64,000 bases of DNA, taken from an uncultured Gemmatimonadaceae bacterium. Lineage in GTDB: Bacteria; Gemmatimonadota; Gemmatimonadetes; Gemmatimonadales; Gemmatimonadaceae. Shown piece after piece: positions 41,140 to 51,940 of the stretch. Position 1 is the stretch's first letter, and each line of letters opens with the position of its first letter. A program made the translations under genes and the position numbers. Location of the stretch: positions 704,001-768,000 of the forward strand of contig CAWFQK010000002.1 in assembly GCA_963817955.1 (NCBI GenBank), given 5' to 3'. The notes under the pieces are model-generated. The model saw only the letters and a program-made list of their open reading frames with translations, had not been told where the DNA came from and searched no databases.

Positions 41140-43583
41140 CAGTCAGCCGCTCCCGCTTGAAGATCCAGCGCCACGCCACGCGCCGCGCTGTCCGTCTCGA
41201 CGCGCGAGACGCCCAACTCCTCGTTGTACTGCATCGATACCACGCGATCCAGACCTTCACGTACCGACTCGATATGCGTGATCAGAATGACCTGCTCGAA
41301 GCGGTCCTGCAGCCGGCGCAACAGATCCACGACGTTGTGCCGCCGCGTCTCGTCGAGCGAGCCGAAGACCTCGTCCAGAATGAGAAGCGAGAACGCCTGC
41401 CCCGCACGTTCCGCAATCATCTCTGAGATTGCAAGGCGGAGCACCAGGTTCGCCAGGTCCTCTTCGCCGCCGGAGATCACCGGCTTGGGAATCGCGTCCT
41501 CCACCATCGTCACATTGTACTGCTCGTCCAGCTCGATGCCACTGTACCGGCCGTCGGTGAGATCGCGGATGTATTGGCTGGCGCGATCGCAGATTTCCGG
41601 GCGCAGCTCCTGATTGAGGTCGGTGCGCAGGTCGCCGAAGGCGCGATCGAGCTCGTCGTGCAGCCGACGGTCGCGATCGAGCACCGCGAGCCGCTCCAAC
41701 CCACGCGCCAGATCCGCGCTCGCCTGGTTGGCGCTCTCGAGCGCCGCCCGGGCCGACGCCAACTCCGCTTCGGAGCTCACGGCCGCGAGTTCGGAGGTGC
41801 GCAGCTCCGCCGCGGCCGCCTCGTACAGGTCGCGCATCTGCCCGAAGCTCTGTTCGGAGAACGTCAGCAGCTGCCGTCGTTCGCCGAGTGCGGTGATACG
41901 CGCCGTCGCCTGCTCCAACGCGGTGCGAACGCGCTCCCGATCAGCAAGCAGCTGCGGCTCGCGCTCGAGTTGCCCGTTGAGACGCGCGCTGAGGTTTGCC
42001 AACGGCACCAATCGCTCGACCAGCGCTCTCACCTCAGCGTGCCTCGTGGCGTCGTATACGACGGAGATGCTCGCGAGCTCGCGTGCCAATGCCGTGTGGC
42101 GCTCCTCCTTCGTCACGATGTCACGAGTGATCGATGCGAGCTCCTGCACCGCCGTCTGTACCCTGACCAGACGGCGCTCCATCTTCGACGCGTTCTCAAA
42201 GGCCAAACGCCGCCGCTCGCCGAGCGCCTTGATCTCTGGCGGCATCTCCTGGAGCTGCTCGATACGGGCGCGATAGTACTTGCCATCCACAGTAATCGTG
42301 TCGATCTGGCTCTCGAACAGCTCGAGCACGGTGCGGAAGTGCGTCCCGAGCGGCCGCGCGCAGATGGGACAGATCCCGTTTTCGCCGAGGTCGATCACGT
42401 GATTGCGATTCTGTTCGGCCTCGCGGAGCTGATCGAGCAGAGCCTGCCGCTTGGTCTCGGCTTCCTGCTTGTCACGAATCCAATCGTTCTGTGCGGTTTC
42501 CAGGTCCCCCTGCACCTGAAACAGCTCGGCGCGCGCCTGCTCGAGGGCCGTCGCGGCGTCTGCCTCCAGCGTCGGGGCACTCTCGATCTTCGCGCGCCGC
42601 TCGCGAATCCGGTCGAGCTCTTCACACAAGGAGGCATCCATCTCGGCCAAGGTGCGGCGCCGCGAGTCCTCGTTGCAGCTCCGCTCGAGCTCTCGCAGCG
42701 CAGCCTGCAGTTGGGGTAGAGGGGCGAGATCCACCGACAGCCTCGCCAGCTCAGTGCGTGCCGCCGCGGTCTCGGTGAGCTCTCGCTCGATCCGGGACAG
42801 ATCGCGGTGAGTGGAGGCTCGCTCCGCCTCCGCGAGGCGGATCTCCGCGAGCAGCTGCTGCATGGCATCACGCGCGCGCTGGATCGTCTCCCATTGCGGA
42901 GTAAGCGCATCGAGTGCCTGGCGAGCGATGCCTCGCCGTGCCGTCATTGCCTCGGCGGCCGCGTGGGCTACCGTCAGACGCGTCGTGGCACCGGCGACCG
43001 CTCGCTTTACCATCTCGGCGTCGGGCATCGCGACCCGTACACCCGACGACTCCGCGATGATCGCCTTCTTTCGATCACGCACAAGCGTTTGCGCCGTCCG
43101 GAGCCGCTCGTAGCCGAGCACGCGCGACAGGAATTGCGCGCGCTCCGCCGGCCCCATCGCGGCCATGATGCTCAGTTCTTTCTGGCCGGTAAAGTACGTG
43201 TTGAAGAATTCCTGCTGCGTCATGCCGAGCCGGCGCCGCAGGAAGTCCGTCACGCCCGTGATGGAATTCGCGACCGGGGCCGAACCGCCGTCGAGATAGA
43301 CTTCGGCGCTCGTCAATCCACGCGCAACGAAATACCGGTGGCCGCCGAGCTCGAAATCGAGCTCCACCTTGACCTGCGCACGAGCCGGCGCGCGGTACGC
43401 GCGAATGGACTCGCGCGTGCCGCGCGCGGCGGACGTGCCATACAGCGCCCAGGCGATTGCTTCGAGGATCGTAGACTTTCCCGCGCCATTCGGCCCGATG
43501 ATGCCCGTAATGCCAACGTCGAACTCGATCCGGGTATCGAGGTGCTGCCGAAAGTTGCAGAGCCGCAAACTGATGAGGCGCAT
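41139..43583 (-). CDS. sbcC: Rad50/SbcC SMC-type ATPase
   Basis: GPNGAGKST, CPIC zinc hook mid coiled-coil, ISGGE, LILDEVFGSLD, ITH. Confidence 0.92.
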   Translation of the reverse strand: MRLISLRLCNFRQHLDTRIEFDVGITGIIGPNGAGKSTILEAIAWALYGTSAARGTRESIRAYRAPARAQVKVELDFELGGHRYFVARGLTSAEVYLDGGSAPVANSITGVTDFLRRRLGMTQQEFFNTYFTGQKELSIMAAMGPAERAQFLSRVLGYERLRTAQTLVRDRKKAIIAESSGVRVAMPDAEMVKRAVAGATTRLTVAHAAAEAMTARRGIARQALDALTPQWETIQRARDAMQQLLAEIRLAEAERASTHRDLSRIERELTETAAARTELARLSVDLAPLPQLQAALRELERSCNEDSRRRTLAEMDASLCEELDRIRERRAKIESAPTLEADAATALEQARAELFQVQGDLETAQNDWIRDKQEAETKRQALLDQLREAEQNRNHVIDLGENGICPICARPLGTHFRTVLELFESQIDTITVDGKYYRARIEQLQEMPPEIKALGERRRLAFENASKMERRLVRVQTAVQELASITRDIVTKEERHTALARELASISVVYDATRHAEVRALVERLVPLANLSARLNGQLEREPQLLADRERVRTALEQATARITALGERRQLLTFSEQSFGQMRDLYEAAAAELRTSELAAVSSEAELASARAALESANQASADLARGLERLAVLDRDRRLHDELDRAFGDLRTDLNQELRPEICDRASQYIRDLTDGRYSGIELDEQYNVTMVEDAIPKPVISGGEEDLANLVLRLAISEMIAERAGQAFSLLILDEVFGSLDETRRHNVVDLLRRLQDRFEQVILITHIESVREGLDRVVSMQYNEELGVSRVETDSAARGVALDLQAGAAD

Positions 43584-44774
43584 TCAGCTATCGATGGCGG
43601 CGGGGGCGAGCTCGACCGCCTGCGCCTGCTCGATGTAGGCGATGGCGCGTTCGACGAATGCGGCGCGATCGATGTCGGCGTCGAGCGGACGCCCGGCGAG
43701 CTTCTCCCGCACGACGTCCTTCAGATCGAGCAGATACCGCTTGCCCGGTGCACCAGCCACACTGGGCCGCCGCTCCGGCGGACGCAGATCCAGATTGAAA
43801 TTGAGCGCGCGGCGCTTGTAGTCGCGGATGGACTTGTGATCGAGCTCGCGCACGATCGAGCGTGGAATCTCGCGAATCATCACGCGCACGATCTTGTCGT
43901 CAATGCCGCCGTCGCACGATTCGATCGTCGACCGGAGACGGTCGTCCACCTCGCCCGCCGTCAGCCCTCGCGCATTGATGGGAGGAAGATCGACGAGCGC
44001 GCGCGCGGCGGGGATGTGGTGGAATACGTGCTCGCCCGTGTCGAGGTCGCGCTCCACGAACCCTTTACCAGGCAGGCCGGCAACGCGCTCCTCGTACAAT
44101 TCGCCCCACGGATTCGTGCTCGTGTAGTCGATCGAGCCGGCGTAGTATGCGTTCGGCGTGATTTCGCGCTGGACGTGATAGTGCCCGAGCGCGATGTAGT
44201 CCCAGTCGGCCACGTGGAGATCTTCCTGCGAGATCTCGACGGCGGCGCGTTCGCTCGCGGCGATGGCCGCGGGCAGTACTCCCTGCACCTCACCGTGCAG
44301 CACCAACACGTTGTAGCGGGCTTTGGAATCCGGAGTCAGCGCCGGACGTACGAGCCCCAACACGTCGGGCACGGCGAGAATCGACAATTCCCGCTCGGGA
44401 AACGACAGTCGTTGCGCATCACGATCGACGACCGTTATGCCGAGCTGCGCAAAGAGCTGGAGTATGCCACCGGTCTCCGCCGACCGGGGCGTATCATGGT
44501 TTCCGGCGACCAGCACCGTGACAGCATTTGGCAGGGACCTTACCAGACGGGACAGCTGCAGAAATGCATGCAGGATCGCCTGGTTCGTTGGCCGTACTGA
44601 ATGAAAGACGTCGCCGGCAACAACGACGACATCGGGCGCCAGCGAAATCACCCGATCGATGACCGCGCGAAACGTCGCGGCGACGTCCGCCTCCCGCTGG
44701 TTGACCCCGCCGGGAGTGAGCCGCTGATACTGCCGGTAACCGAGATGTAGATCGGAGAGATGGACCAGGCGCAT
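43584..44774 (-). CDS. sbcD: Mre11/SbcD nuclease
   Basis: HLSDLHLG, AGDVF, GNHD, LHG, YIALGHYH. Confidence 0.92.
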   Translation of the reverse strand: MRLVHLSDLHLGYRQYQRLTPGGVNQREADVAATFRAVIDRVISLAPDVVVVAGDVFHSVRPTNQAILHAFLQLSRLVRSLPNAVTVLVAGNHDTPRSAETGGILQLFAQLGITVVDRDAQRLSFPERELSILAVPDVLGLVRPALTPDSKARYNVLVLHGEVQGVLPAAIAASERAAVEISQEDLHVADWDYIALGHYHVQREITPNAYYAGSIDYTSTNPWGELYEERVAGLPGKGFVERDLDTGEHVFHHIPAARALVDLPPINARGLTAGEVDDRLRSTIESCDGGIDDKIVRVMIREIPRSIVRELDHKSIRDYKRRALNFNLDLRPPERRPSVAGAPGKRYLLDLKDVVREKLAGRPLDADIDRAAFVERAIAYIEQAQAVELAPAAIDS

Positions 44775-44806
44775 GCGGCGTTGTGGCTTCGCCGTAATGT
44801 AACGCG

Positions 44807-45640
44807 CTATCGCCGCTCGAGGGTGTGCATGTGCTGCGTGATGCGCATCTGCATGTGCATCGACGTCACGCCCGCGCCGGCCGGCGGCGTGACTGTGGAG
44901 GTCACCAGAATACTGAACCACGATTCGGTGAGCCATCCGCGGCGTTGATCGACCAGCATGGTGCCGTTCACGAATCCCTTCTCGAGCACCGCTCCCAACG
45001 CGGCCCCCGGACCGGTGGCCGGTTGCATTTCGCCGCGCATGGACACGAACGCCCAATCCCCGCCGTGCGTGAGCGAGTCGAGCCGGAAAGTGACATGCAG
45101 CCGGGCGGTGATCTGCGCGCCGAGCTGACCGCTCGTTGGCAGGGGCATCTCGCGGATCCAGCTTTCGCCAACCTTGATCCGTGCTTTGGGAAATGCCGCT
45201 GGCATGAGCGAAACCACTTGCGCCACCTCGCTCGGCGCGCCGTCTTCCGCGCCGCTCATGCCGACCATGCCGTCAGGCGCCACACGGAAGCGCACGCGCT
45301 GACCGCGCATCTGCTCGGCTGCGGCCGACGCCGCCGCTCGGGTTCGATCGTCCGTCGTGAACAACAGCACGGAGTCCGTTACCGCCAACAGCGTCGTGCT
45401 CTTCTCGGTTGCCGCCTCCACGATGGCGCGAGAGAACATCTTCATGCTGTTCACCATCATCGCGGCAGCTTCACCGTTCGGGGTGCGCTTCACGCCCGTC
45501 ATTTCGCTCTGCTGATCGAGACGCATGCGCAGCGTATCGCCGACGTGCGGCTTGATCTGCAACATCACGCTCTGGCCCCAGGCGCGTCCAGCGGCAAAGA
45601 CCAGCAAACCGGCGATGCGGCCGAGTCGTGCACGACGCAT
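44807..45640 (-). CDS. secreted beta-rich hypothetical protein
   Basis: Signal peptide ending AWG; IKVGESW motif. Confidence 0.65.
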   Translation of the reverse strand: MRRARLGRIAGLLVFAAGRAWGQSVMLQIKPHVGDTLRMRLDQQSEMTGVKRTPNGEAAAMMVNSMKMFSRAIVEAATEKSTTLLAVTDSVLLFTTDDRTRAAASAAAEQMRGQRVRFRVAPDGMVGMSGAEDGAPSEVAQVVSLMPAAFPKARIKVGESWIREMPLPTSGQLGAQITARLHVTFRLDSLTHGGDWAFVSMRGEMQPATGPGAALGAVLEKGFVNGTMLVDQRRGWLTESWFSILVTSTVTPPAGAGVTSMHMQMRITQHMHTLERR

Positions 45641-45646
45641 ACGGTA

Positions 45647-47653
45647 TCAGAACCCGTACGGGTCGTCTACCGGAGCCGAGCGAACGGGAGCCACCACGGG
45701 TGGTGTAACGGTCTGCGCCGCAACCATGGGGCGGAGCTGCGACAAGAAGAACTTCCGTACATCGGCCGGGCGCTCGCGCACCGTCGCGTTGCGCGCACGT
45801 ACGATTTCGTCTTCCTCGCGGATCCCGATCGTGGCCTGCACCCAGCCAAGGGTAATGGTCGGATCGAGCGCGCGCAGACTACGCACGACCGCCGCCTCGA
45901 GATCGATGTCTACCGCTTGTGGGTACTGCTCCGCGCCATCGCGCCCGCGCATGATCGCCGGCCGCGGAAAACGCACGAAGATCGGCTGCGTGAAATGTGG
46001 ATGTCGCACCATGAGCTGGCCTTTCCCCAGCGTCGCGAGTTTCGTCTTCACGGCCGGACTCAGCACCGCGTACCCCGGCGTGGCCAACTCGTCGCCGTCC
46101 ATGCGACCGTAGAGCGCCGTGCCCGAGTTCCCAACGACGCGCCGATGGACCTGCGAGCGAAATTGCTGCGCACTGAACAGCACGAGTCCGAGATACCGGC
46201 CCCGCTCGGCAAGGTCGAGCAGCATCTTTCGGACGTAGGTGTCCTGCCCATCGTTCGGCGCATACTTGTTCAGCTCGTCAACGAAGACCACGACGTGATT
46301 CACGCCGAGATCGCGCTTCTCGAGGTGTTCGCGAAGTTTGGTGACGACACGCGCAAAGATCAGATCTTGCGCGGCCTCCTCGAGCGAGGCGACGTCGATG
46401 ACGTACACCGTGCGGTCCTGAAAGCTCCCGAATGGTAGATCGCTCACCGCTCCGTCATCGGTAACCAGCCCGGCACACCGAGTCGAGATGTTCGAGAGGC
46501 GGTTCCGCACCTTTCGGATCGTGGCCACGTGGTGCGTACGCCAGCCTTCGTTGCCTTTGTTCTCCATGGCGGAGAGCACATCGCGGAACCATTCCTCGAG
46601 GTCGGCAAACGAGCGAACGAGGTACCGCTTGTTGCCCAGGAGTTGGTCGCTGAAATCACGATCGACGACACGCTCGCGAATGAAGTCGATGAGCGCGTCG
46701 GCCTTGGCGTCCACGTCATCCTTGTTGAGCAGCACTTCCGCGTACTGCAGCACCTCGCGCAGCCCCCAGGTGAGCGACGACACGTTGTGCAACAGCGCGT
46801 CATTGGAGCGCAAGGTGTTCAACGAGAAGCCGTCGGCCTTGTACGGCGCAAAATATTGAACGTTCTCGAACGGCCCGGCGGGAACACCACATTGCTCGTA
46901 CAGCTCTCGGTCCTCCACACCGATCTCACCTGGTTGATCGAGAAAGCAGAGGTCCGGCCCCTTCACATTGAAGCACACGGCAGCGACGGATCCCTTCTGC
47001 TCTGGAAAGTGGGCGAAGATCGATGACAGGATCCACTCGATGGCACTCGTCTTCGTGGCGAGACCGGAAACACCCGTGATGTTCAGGTGGGCCGCCTCGG
47101 GACCGAGCAGAAAATCCGCGTCGAGGTAGATCGGAGCGTCCGTGCCCCCTGCGCGATACACACCGACCGGAATTCCCGTCCGCGACTCTTCCTTCAGATA
47201 ACTGTCCATTCGCAGCGCAACGGCAACGTCGTCGGTTGTCGCGAGAAACACCTGACCCATTGGCACCGGCTGTAGGGGCTCTTCCGGCAATTGCCGGAGG
47301 ACGGCCGCCGAGTACAGACGGATCTCGGCGCGCTGCGTGGCGGCGAGCGACGCACGGGCCGGCGTGCCGTCGTGGCCCAGGACGTCGTGCAGTGGGGTCT
47401 GAAGATCCGTGTAGCTGAACCCTTCCACCACGATGCCGAAGATCTGCGGGATTTGCCCACTCACGGGCTGCGAGCCCTCTACGCGCACGATCGTCCCGAT
47501 TCCAACCGGCGAATCGAGCGCTGTCCAAAAATGGAATTCGTGCGGCGTATTCGGCTTGCGCTCGGTGGCAACGACACGCCCAAGGGGAGTGGCGACTGGC
47601 GCGTCTTCAGCAATGCCCATTGGCTCTCTCACCTCGGATGTCCGTTCGTCCAT
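45647..47653 (-). CDS. herA: HerA-like ATPase (HAS barrel + FtsK/HerA)
   Basis: HLNITGVSGLATKT (variant Walker A), FNVKG, VFVDELNKYAP, ERGRYLG, AQQ. Confidence 0.8.
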   Translation of the reverse strand: MDERTSEVREPMGIAEDAPVATPLGRVVATERKPNTPHEFHFWTALDSPVGIGTIVRVEGSQPVSGQIPQIFGIVVEGFSYTDLQTPLHDVLGHDGTPARASLAATQRAEIRLYSAAVLRQLPEEPLQPVPMGQVFLATTDDVAVALRMDSYLKEESRTGIPVGVYRAGGTDAPIYLDADFLLGPEAAHLNITGVSGLATKTSAIEWILSSIFAHFPEQKGSVAAVCFNVKGPDLCFLDQPGEIGVEDRELYEQCGVPAGPFENVQYFAPYKADGFSLNTLRSNDALLHNVSSLTWGLREVLQYAEVLLNKDDVDAKADALIDFIRERVVDRDFSDQLLGNKRYLVRSFADLEEWFRDVLSAMENKGNEGWRTHHVATIRKVRNRLSNISTRCAGLVTDDGAVSDLPFGSFQDRTVYVIDVASLEEAAQDLIFARVVTKLREHLEKRDLGVNHVVVFVDELNKYAPNDGQDTYVRKMLLDLAERGRYLGLVLFSAQQFRSQVHRRVVGNSGTALYGRMDGDELATPGYAVLSPAVKTKLATLGKGQLMVRHPHFTQPIFVRFPRPAIMRGRDGAEQYPQAVDIDLEAAVVRSLRALDPTITLGWVQATIGIREEDEIVRARNATVRERPADVRKFFLSQLRPMVAAQTVTPPVVAPVRSAPVDDPYGF

Positions 47654-47656
47654 CGT

Positions 47657-48679
47657 TCACATCACCGCTCTCAAGAACTCCTCACAATCACGAATTCCAT
47701 AAACCATCTTGTCCCAGCGCGAATCAGGGAGAGCGTTCGGAGCGGATTCGGCGAGAATCCAGCGCGTCACCTCTTCGGCCCGTGCCGCGATATTCCGCTC
47801 GTTCAGCTCAGGCGGACTGGCAACTTCCACGCGCACCAGCCCCCACATCGGATCGTGTCCCGCCGGATCGCGTAGTCGCATGTACCAGCTGGCGACCGGC
47901 GTACGCTTGGGCGACGTAATCTGAAACACGCTCGTCCGCTCGCCCGCGCGCAGCCGAAAGACCACCTGCAATCCCTCCCCCTCGGCATAGAGCGTACGAT
48001 GGCTCTTCACGACACCGACGACACAGCGCTCGGTAGCCACGCGGTCGTTGGCGCTTATGCCACCGTCAATGAACAGCGGCTCTCCCACAGTGCTGCACCA
48101 TTCTTCAGCCAACCGATGCTCGGCGCGCTCCCGGTCCTCCTGCACTTTGTGAATCGCGGCGTCGCGCACGGCAAACGGATGTTCGGCGGCCGCGGCCGAT
48201 GTGGTAGCGGCGCTGGTGTCGACGATCCCGGCGCCGAGCGCGTCGAGCGCCGAGTTCCACTGATCGGATAGCAGCTGGCGTGGCGCATACACCCGCATCG
48301 ACACTTCGTGCCGCCAGGTCGTCATGCGCCGGGCTTTTCGCACACGCACGACGGCTGCGACCTTTCCGACGATGAGCGGCAACCCGTTGGCGTACTGCAG
48401 GACGCGACTTTCCTGGGTGCCATCCAGAAAAGCGCAGAACCCGGTAGTTTCGCCGGCCTCTTGCGGCTCCACAGCCGACGCTCGCAACGCCGATCCCTCG
48501 ATCACTGCGGCGCTGATGAGACGCGCCGGCTCCGTCTGTGTTCTGGCGGCCTCGAGCGAGGGACCGTCCCCAACAGTACCGCTCACGCCCGCGTCGGGCA
48601 GCAGCGTCGCCAACTGACGCTGCAATGCTCGCAGGCTGAGTCCCGGCGTGGATGTGAGTTGGGTGGAAACGACCGACAT
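47657..48679 (-). CDS. nurA: NurA-like RNase H-fold nuclease
   Basis: FLDGTQ, LFIDG, GVVKSH, SWYMRLR; immediately upstream of herA. Confidence 0.7.
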   Translation of the reverse strand: MSVVSTQLTSTPGLSLRALQRQLATLLPDAGVSGTVGDGPSLEAARTQTEPARLISAAVIEGSALRASAVEPQEAGETTGFCAFLDGTQESRVLQYANGLPLIVGKVAAVVRVRKARRMTTWRHEVSMRVYAPRQLLSDQWNSALDALGAGIVDTSAATTSAAAAEHPFAVRDAAIHKVQEDRERAEHRLAEEWCSTVGEPLFIDGGISANDRVATERCVVGVVKSHRTLYAEGEGLQVVFRLRAGERTSVFQITSPKRTPVASWYMRLRDPAGHDPMWGLVRVEVASPPELNERNIAARAEEVTRWILAESAPNALPDSRWDKMVYGIRDCEEFLRAVM

Positions 48680-48714
48680 TGCGAAGGATGCTAACGTCGG
48701 CGCCGGCCCAAGCG

Positions 48715-48993
48715 CTATTCCACCCCGATGTCCCACGCCTGCTGCAGGTCTTTCCTGGAGTACGCGCGGAATGCGGTGAGCGTCTGGGTGCGTTGAATGC
48801 CGGGAACGGTGGGGAAAACCTCCGTCACCACATGCGCGATCTGATCGTACTGCGGCACCCGCACGATGGCGACGAGATCCCAATCGCCCGACACGGAGTA
48901 CACCTCAGCCACCCCCTCGACGCCGGCGAGCATGTTCGCGGCGGAGGGAATGAGCGTCGGGTCGACACGAATGAGCACGATGGTTGTGATCAC
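48715..48993 (-). CDS. Lrp/AsnC ligand-binding-domain protein
   Basis: GVAEVYSVSGDWDLVAIV, GIQRTQTLTAF. Confidence 0.85.
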   Translation of the reverse strand: MITTIVLIRVDPTLIPSAANMLAGVEGVAEVYSVSGDWDLVAIVRVPQYDQIAHVVTEVFPTVPGIQRTQTLTAFRAYSRKDLQQAWDIGVE

Positions 48994-49084
48994 GACTCAG
49001 TGAGACTAGAGGGAACGTTGAGCAGCCACAGACCTGAAACCTGGCTCATCTCATCTACATGGAGAAGCAGACCGCGGGCAAGCG

Positions 49085-50275
49085 CTAAGATATATGGGCA
49101 GCAATGATCCGCCGCACCCCCTCATTCACTTGTTCCTCGGGGGCGGCGTAGGACACGCGAATCCACTCCGGCGACCGGAAGGCGACCCCAGGCACGACGG
49201 CGACTGCGTGGTCGTCGAGGAGTCGCCGAGCGAAAGTCGTTCCGGGCTCGGCGTTCTCCGCCGTTACATCGCCAACACGGATGTACAAGTAGAACGCGCC
49301 CTGCGGTTGGATGACTTCCATCCCCGCCTGCCGGAGACAGGCGAGCGCGGAATCACGCCGCTGCTTGAATTCGGTCACCATCCGCTGCGTCGAGACGCTC
49401 GCCTCGGTTTCTGAGGAAAGCGCGGCCAACACTGCGTGTTGCGACAATGTTGCTGCATTGGACGTCGTGTGCGACTGTAACGCCGTCATGGCGCGAGACA
49501 GCCATACGGGCGCAATAGACCAACCGATTCGCCATCCCGTCATGGCGAACGATTTGGCTACTCCGTCCACCACCACCAACCGGTCCAGGTTCAGCGCAAT
49601 CGACAGCAGCGAGGGCGCTTCGCCATCGTACGAGATGGCCCGGTAGATCTCGTCGCTCACGATCCACCAGCCACGCTCTTCCGCGCAGGCGACGATGTCC
49701 CGCAACTCATCGCTCGAATACACGGCGCCCGTCGGATTGCACGGGGAGTTCAGCATGATCCCGCGCGTTCTCGGTGTGGCCGCCTTCACCAGATCTGTTG
49801 GCGAAACCTTCAATTGGCGCGCGCGCGAGCCGCGCACGATCACCGGAACCGCGCGGGCGAGGGCGATCATCTCGTAGTAGCTCGTCCATGCGGGCGTCGG
49901 CACGAGCACCTCGTCGCCCCCCGCGAACAGCGAGAAGCAGGCGTTGAACAGTGCCTGCTTGGTGCCGGCGGTCACGACCACCTGATCCGCCACGATCGGT
50001 GGCCCTGAGTGGAGGGCCGTGGCGCGTTCGGCGATACGCTGACGCAGCGGAAGAATGCCTTCCACCTGCGTGTAGCGCGTCGCCCCGGCATCCAGGGCGC
50101 GCTGAGCTGCCTCCATGACGAAAGGAGGCGTCGGAAAATCCGGTTCGCCGGCGCCAAGGTCGATCACGGAACGACCGGACGCGCGCATCGCCTTGGCCCG
50201 AGCGGACACGGCGATCGTCGCCGATTCGCGCAGGTCGGCGACGTTCGCGGAGAGTTTGTCTTGTTTGGTAGCCAT
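49085..50275 (-). CDS. class I/II PLP aminotransferase (AspC-like)
   Basis: GEPDF, NSPCNPTG, SDEIY, AKSFAMTGWRIG. Confidence 0.92.
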   Translation of the reverse strand: MATKQDKLSANVADLRESATIAVSARAKAMRASGRSVIDLGAGEPDFPTPPFVMEAAQRALDAGATRYTQVEGILPLRQRIAERATALHSGPPIVADQVVVTAGTKQALFNACFSLFAGGDEVLVPTPAWTSYYEMIALARAVPVIVRGSRARQLKVSPTDLVKAATPRTRGIMLNSPCNPTGAVYSSDELRDIVACAEERGWWIVSDEIYRAISYDGEAPSLLSIALNLDRLVVVDGVAKSFAMTGWRIGWSIAPVWLSRAMTALQSHTTSNAATLSQHAVLAALSSETEASVSTQRMVTEFKQRRDSALACLRQAGMEVIQPQGAFYLYIRVGDVTAENAEPGTTFARRLLDDHAVAVVPGVAFRSPEWIRVSYAAPEEQVNEGVRRIIAAHIS

Positions 50276-50356
50276 TATTGGGACCGGGAACGGCAGCGGA
50301 CTATACTTCACGGCGGTCTCGCCAATCATAACGAGAGGCTATGGGGCCACGCCACA

Positions 50357-51940
50357 ATGACGGGGATGGGGGTGCTGGTGGAACAGGAAGGACGTGAAAT
50401 CGCAGGAGTATCTCGGGGTCAGAACGCGGTCTATGTGATGCCGCACGACTGGGCATCGATGTCCCAGTTCCTTTCTCCGTTGGTCGAACGAATCGACGAG
50501 CAGACGCACGCCGTGCAGCTCCTCGTGCTCACCCCCGACTCGGAGGTCGCCACCGCGGTGACGGCCGCCGCGGTGCGGCTCACCGAAGGACGCGACGTCG
50601 GCATTCTCGCCGCCACATCCACGCGACGTTCGGCGCGTCTGGTTCGGTTACGTCCGCCGCATGTCATTGCGGGTCCTGCTGACATCATTCTCGAGCTCGT
50701 CCGCGCCGCTGCCATCAAGCTCGACACGGTTCGCATGCTTTGCATTGCCTGGGCCGACGAGCTCATGACCCAGGCGACGCCGGAGTCGCTGGAAGCGCTG
50801 ATGACCGAGCTTCCGAAGGACGGAGCGCGCATCGTCGTCACGTCGGAGCTCACGCCGGCCGTCGAGGCCCTCATCGAGCGGTACGCACGCCGCGGCCGCC
50901 GAGTCGGGCTGCCGATCAGCGAAGCGGATCAGCCGACGCCCGTCGGCTACGTCACCGTGTCGCCACAATCGCGCCTGTCAGCGCTACGGCGTCTGCTCGA
51001 TGAAGTCGATCCTGCGTCGGCGCTGGTATTCGTGCGGGACAGCGTCAGTGCGTCGGAAGTCGGCAATCTGCTGCGCGCTTTGGGCTACAGTGGGAGCGAC
51101 GCGCCGATTCGAGTCGGGCTCACTGCCACGCCGGGCATGGACCTCGTCGTGCTGTTCGACCTGCCAGCGTCCCGCGAGGAACTCCGCGGAGCTGTCGGCG
51201 CTGCTCCGCGCAGCATTGCACTCATTCAGCCACGCCAATTGGCCAGTTTGCGAGCGCTGGCAGCTGGTGGAACCGTTTCCTCGTTCACGTTATCCGAATC
51301 GGGAACCCGGGTTCGGGAGCGCGAAGCTCGCATGCGCGCCGAACTGCGCGATGCGCTGGCGCAGGGACAGTACGGTCGCGAGCTCCTCGCGCTCGAGCCA
51401 TTGCTCGAGGAATACGACGGCATCGAGATCGCCGCCGCCGCGCTGCAGTTGCGCGATCGCGATCGCGCAACGCATGCCGCGGCCGCACAAAGCGCGGCGC
51501 CGGCTCCGCGCGAGCGGAGTACAGAGCGGAGCGCCGAACGGGGCAACGACCGTGATTCGGCCGGTATGGTGCGCCTGTTTGTGAGTGTGGGCTCCCGCGA
51601 CAATGTACGTCCGGGCGATCTTGTTGGCGCGATCGCGAATCAGGGCGGCGTAACGAGCGCTGAAGTCGGGAAGATCGACGTGCGCGAATCGCACTCGATC
51701 GTCGAAGTCGCGTCGAGTGTCGCCGATTCAGTGATCGAGCGGGTCACGGGCGTTTCGATCAAAGGCCGGCGCGCGGTACTCCGCCGCGACGAGGAGCGCC
51801 CGCCGCGCTCCGGACCGTCCCGCAGTAGCGATCGCGCCGGCGGCGCTCGGCCGCGAGGCGCACGATCGGATTCGACTCGCGAGTCGCGCCCGAGAAGTGG
51901 ACCGCCCCGGGGCCGGCCGCGGCGCGGAGATGGCGAGTGA
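50357..51940 (+). CDS. degenerate DEAD-box helicase-like protein with DbpA-type RNA-binding domain
   Basis: LVLTP and [14 protein letters not shown] in place of the DEAD motif; [23 protein letters not shown]...VGKID; Arg-rich tail. Confidence 0.75.
   Translation: MTGMGVLVEQEGREIAGVSRGQNAVYVMPHDWASMSQFLSPLVERIDEQTHAVQLLVLTPDSEVATAVTAAAVRLTEGRDVGILAATSTRRSARLVRLRPPHVIAGPADIILELVRAAAIKLDTVRMLCIAWADELMTQATPESLEALMTELPKDGARIVVTSELTPAVEALIERYARRGRRVGLPISEADQPTPVGYVTVSPQSRLSALRRLLDEVDPASALVFVRDSVSASEVGNLLRALGYSGSDAPIRVGLTATPGMDLVVLFDLPASREELRGAVGAAPRSIALIQPRQLASLRALAAGGTVSSFTLSESGTRVREREARMRAELRDALAQGQYGRELLALEPLLEEYDGIEIAAAALQLRDRDRATHAAAAQSAAPAPRERSTERSAERGNDRDSAGMVRLFVSVGSRDNVRPGDLVGAIANQGGVTSAEVGKIDVRESHSIVEVASSVADSVIERVTGVSIKGRRAVLRRDEERPPRSGPSRSSDRAGGARPRGARSDSTRESRPRSGPPRGRPRRGDGE

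Noticed and set aside
42807..46438. Long antisense ORFs (597 aa and 537 aa; likewise 33570-35003, 38000-39466, 3574-4857)
   Set aside because: Shadow frames of well-supported genes in high-GC DNA, with no motifs
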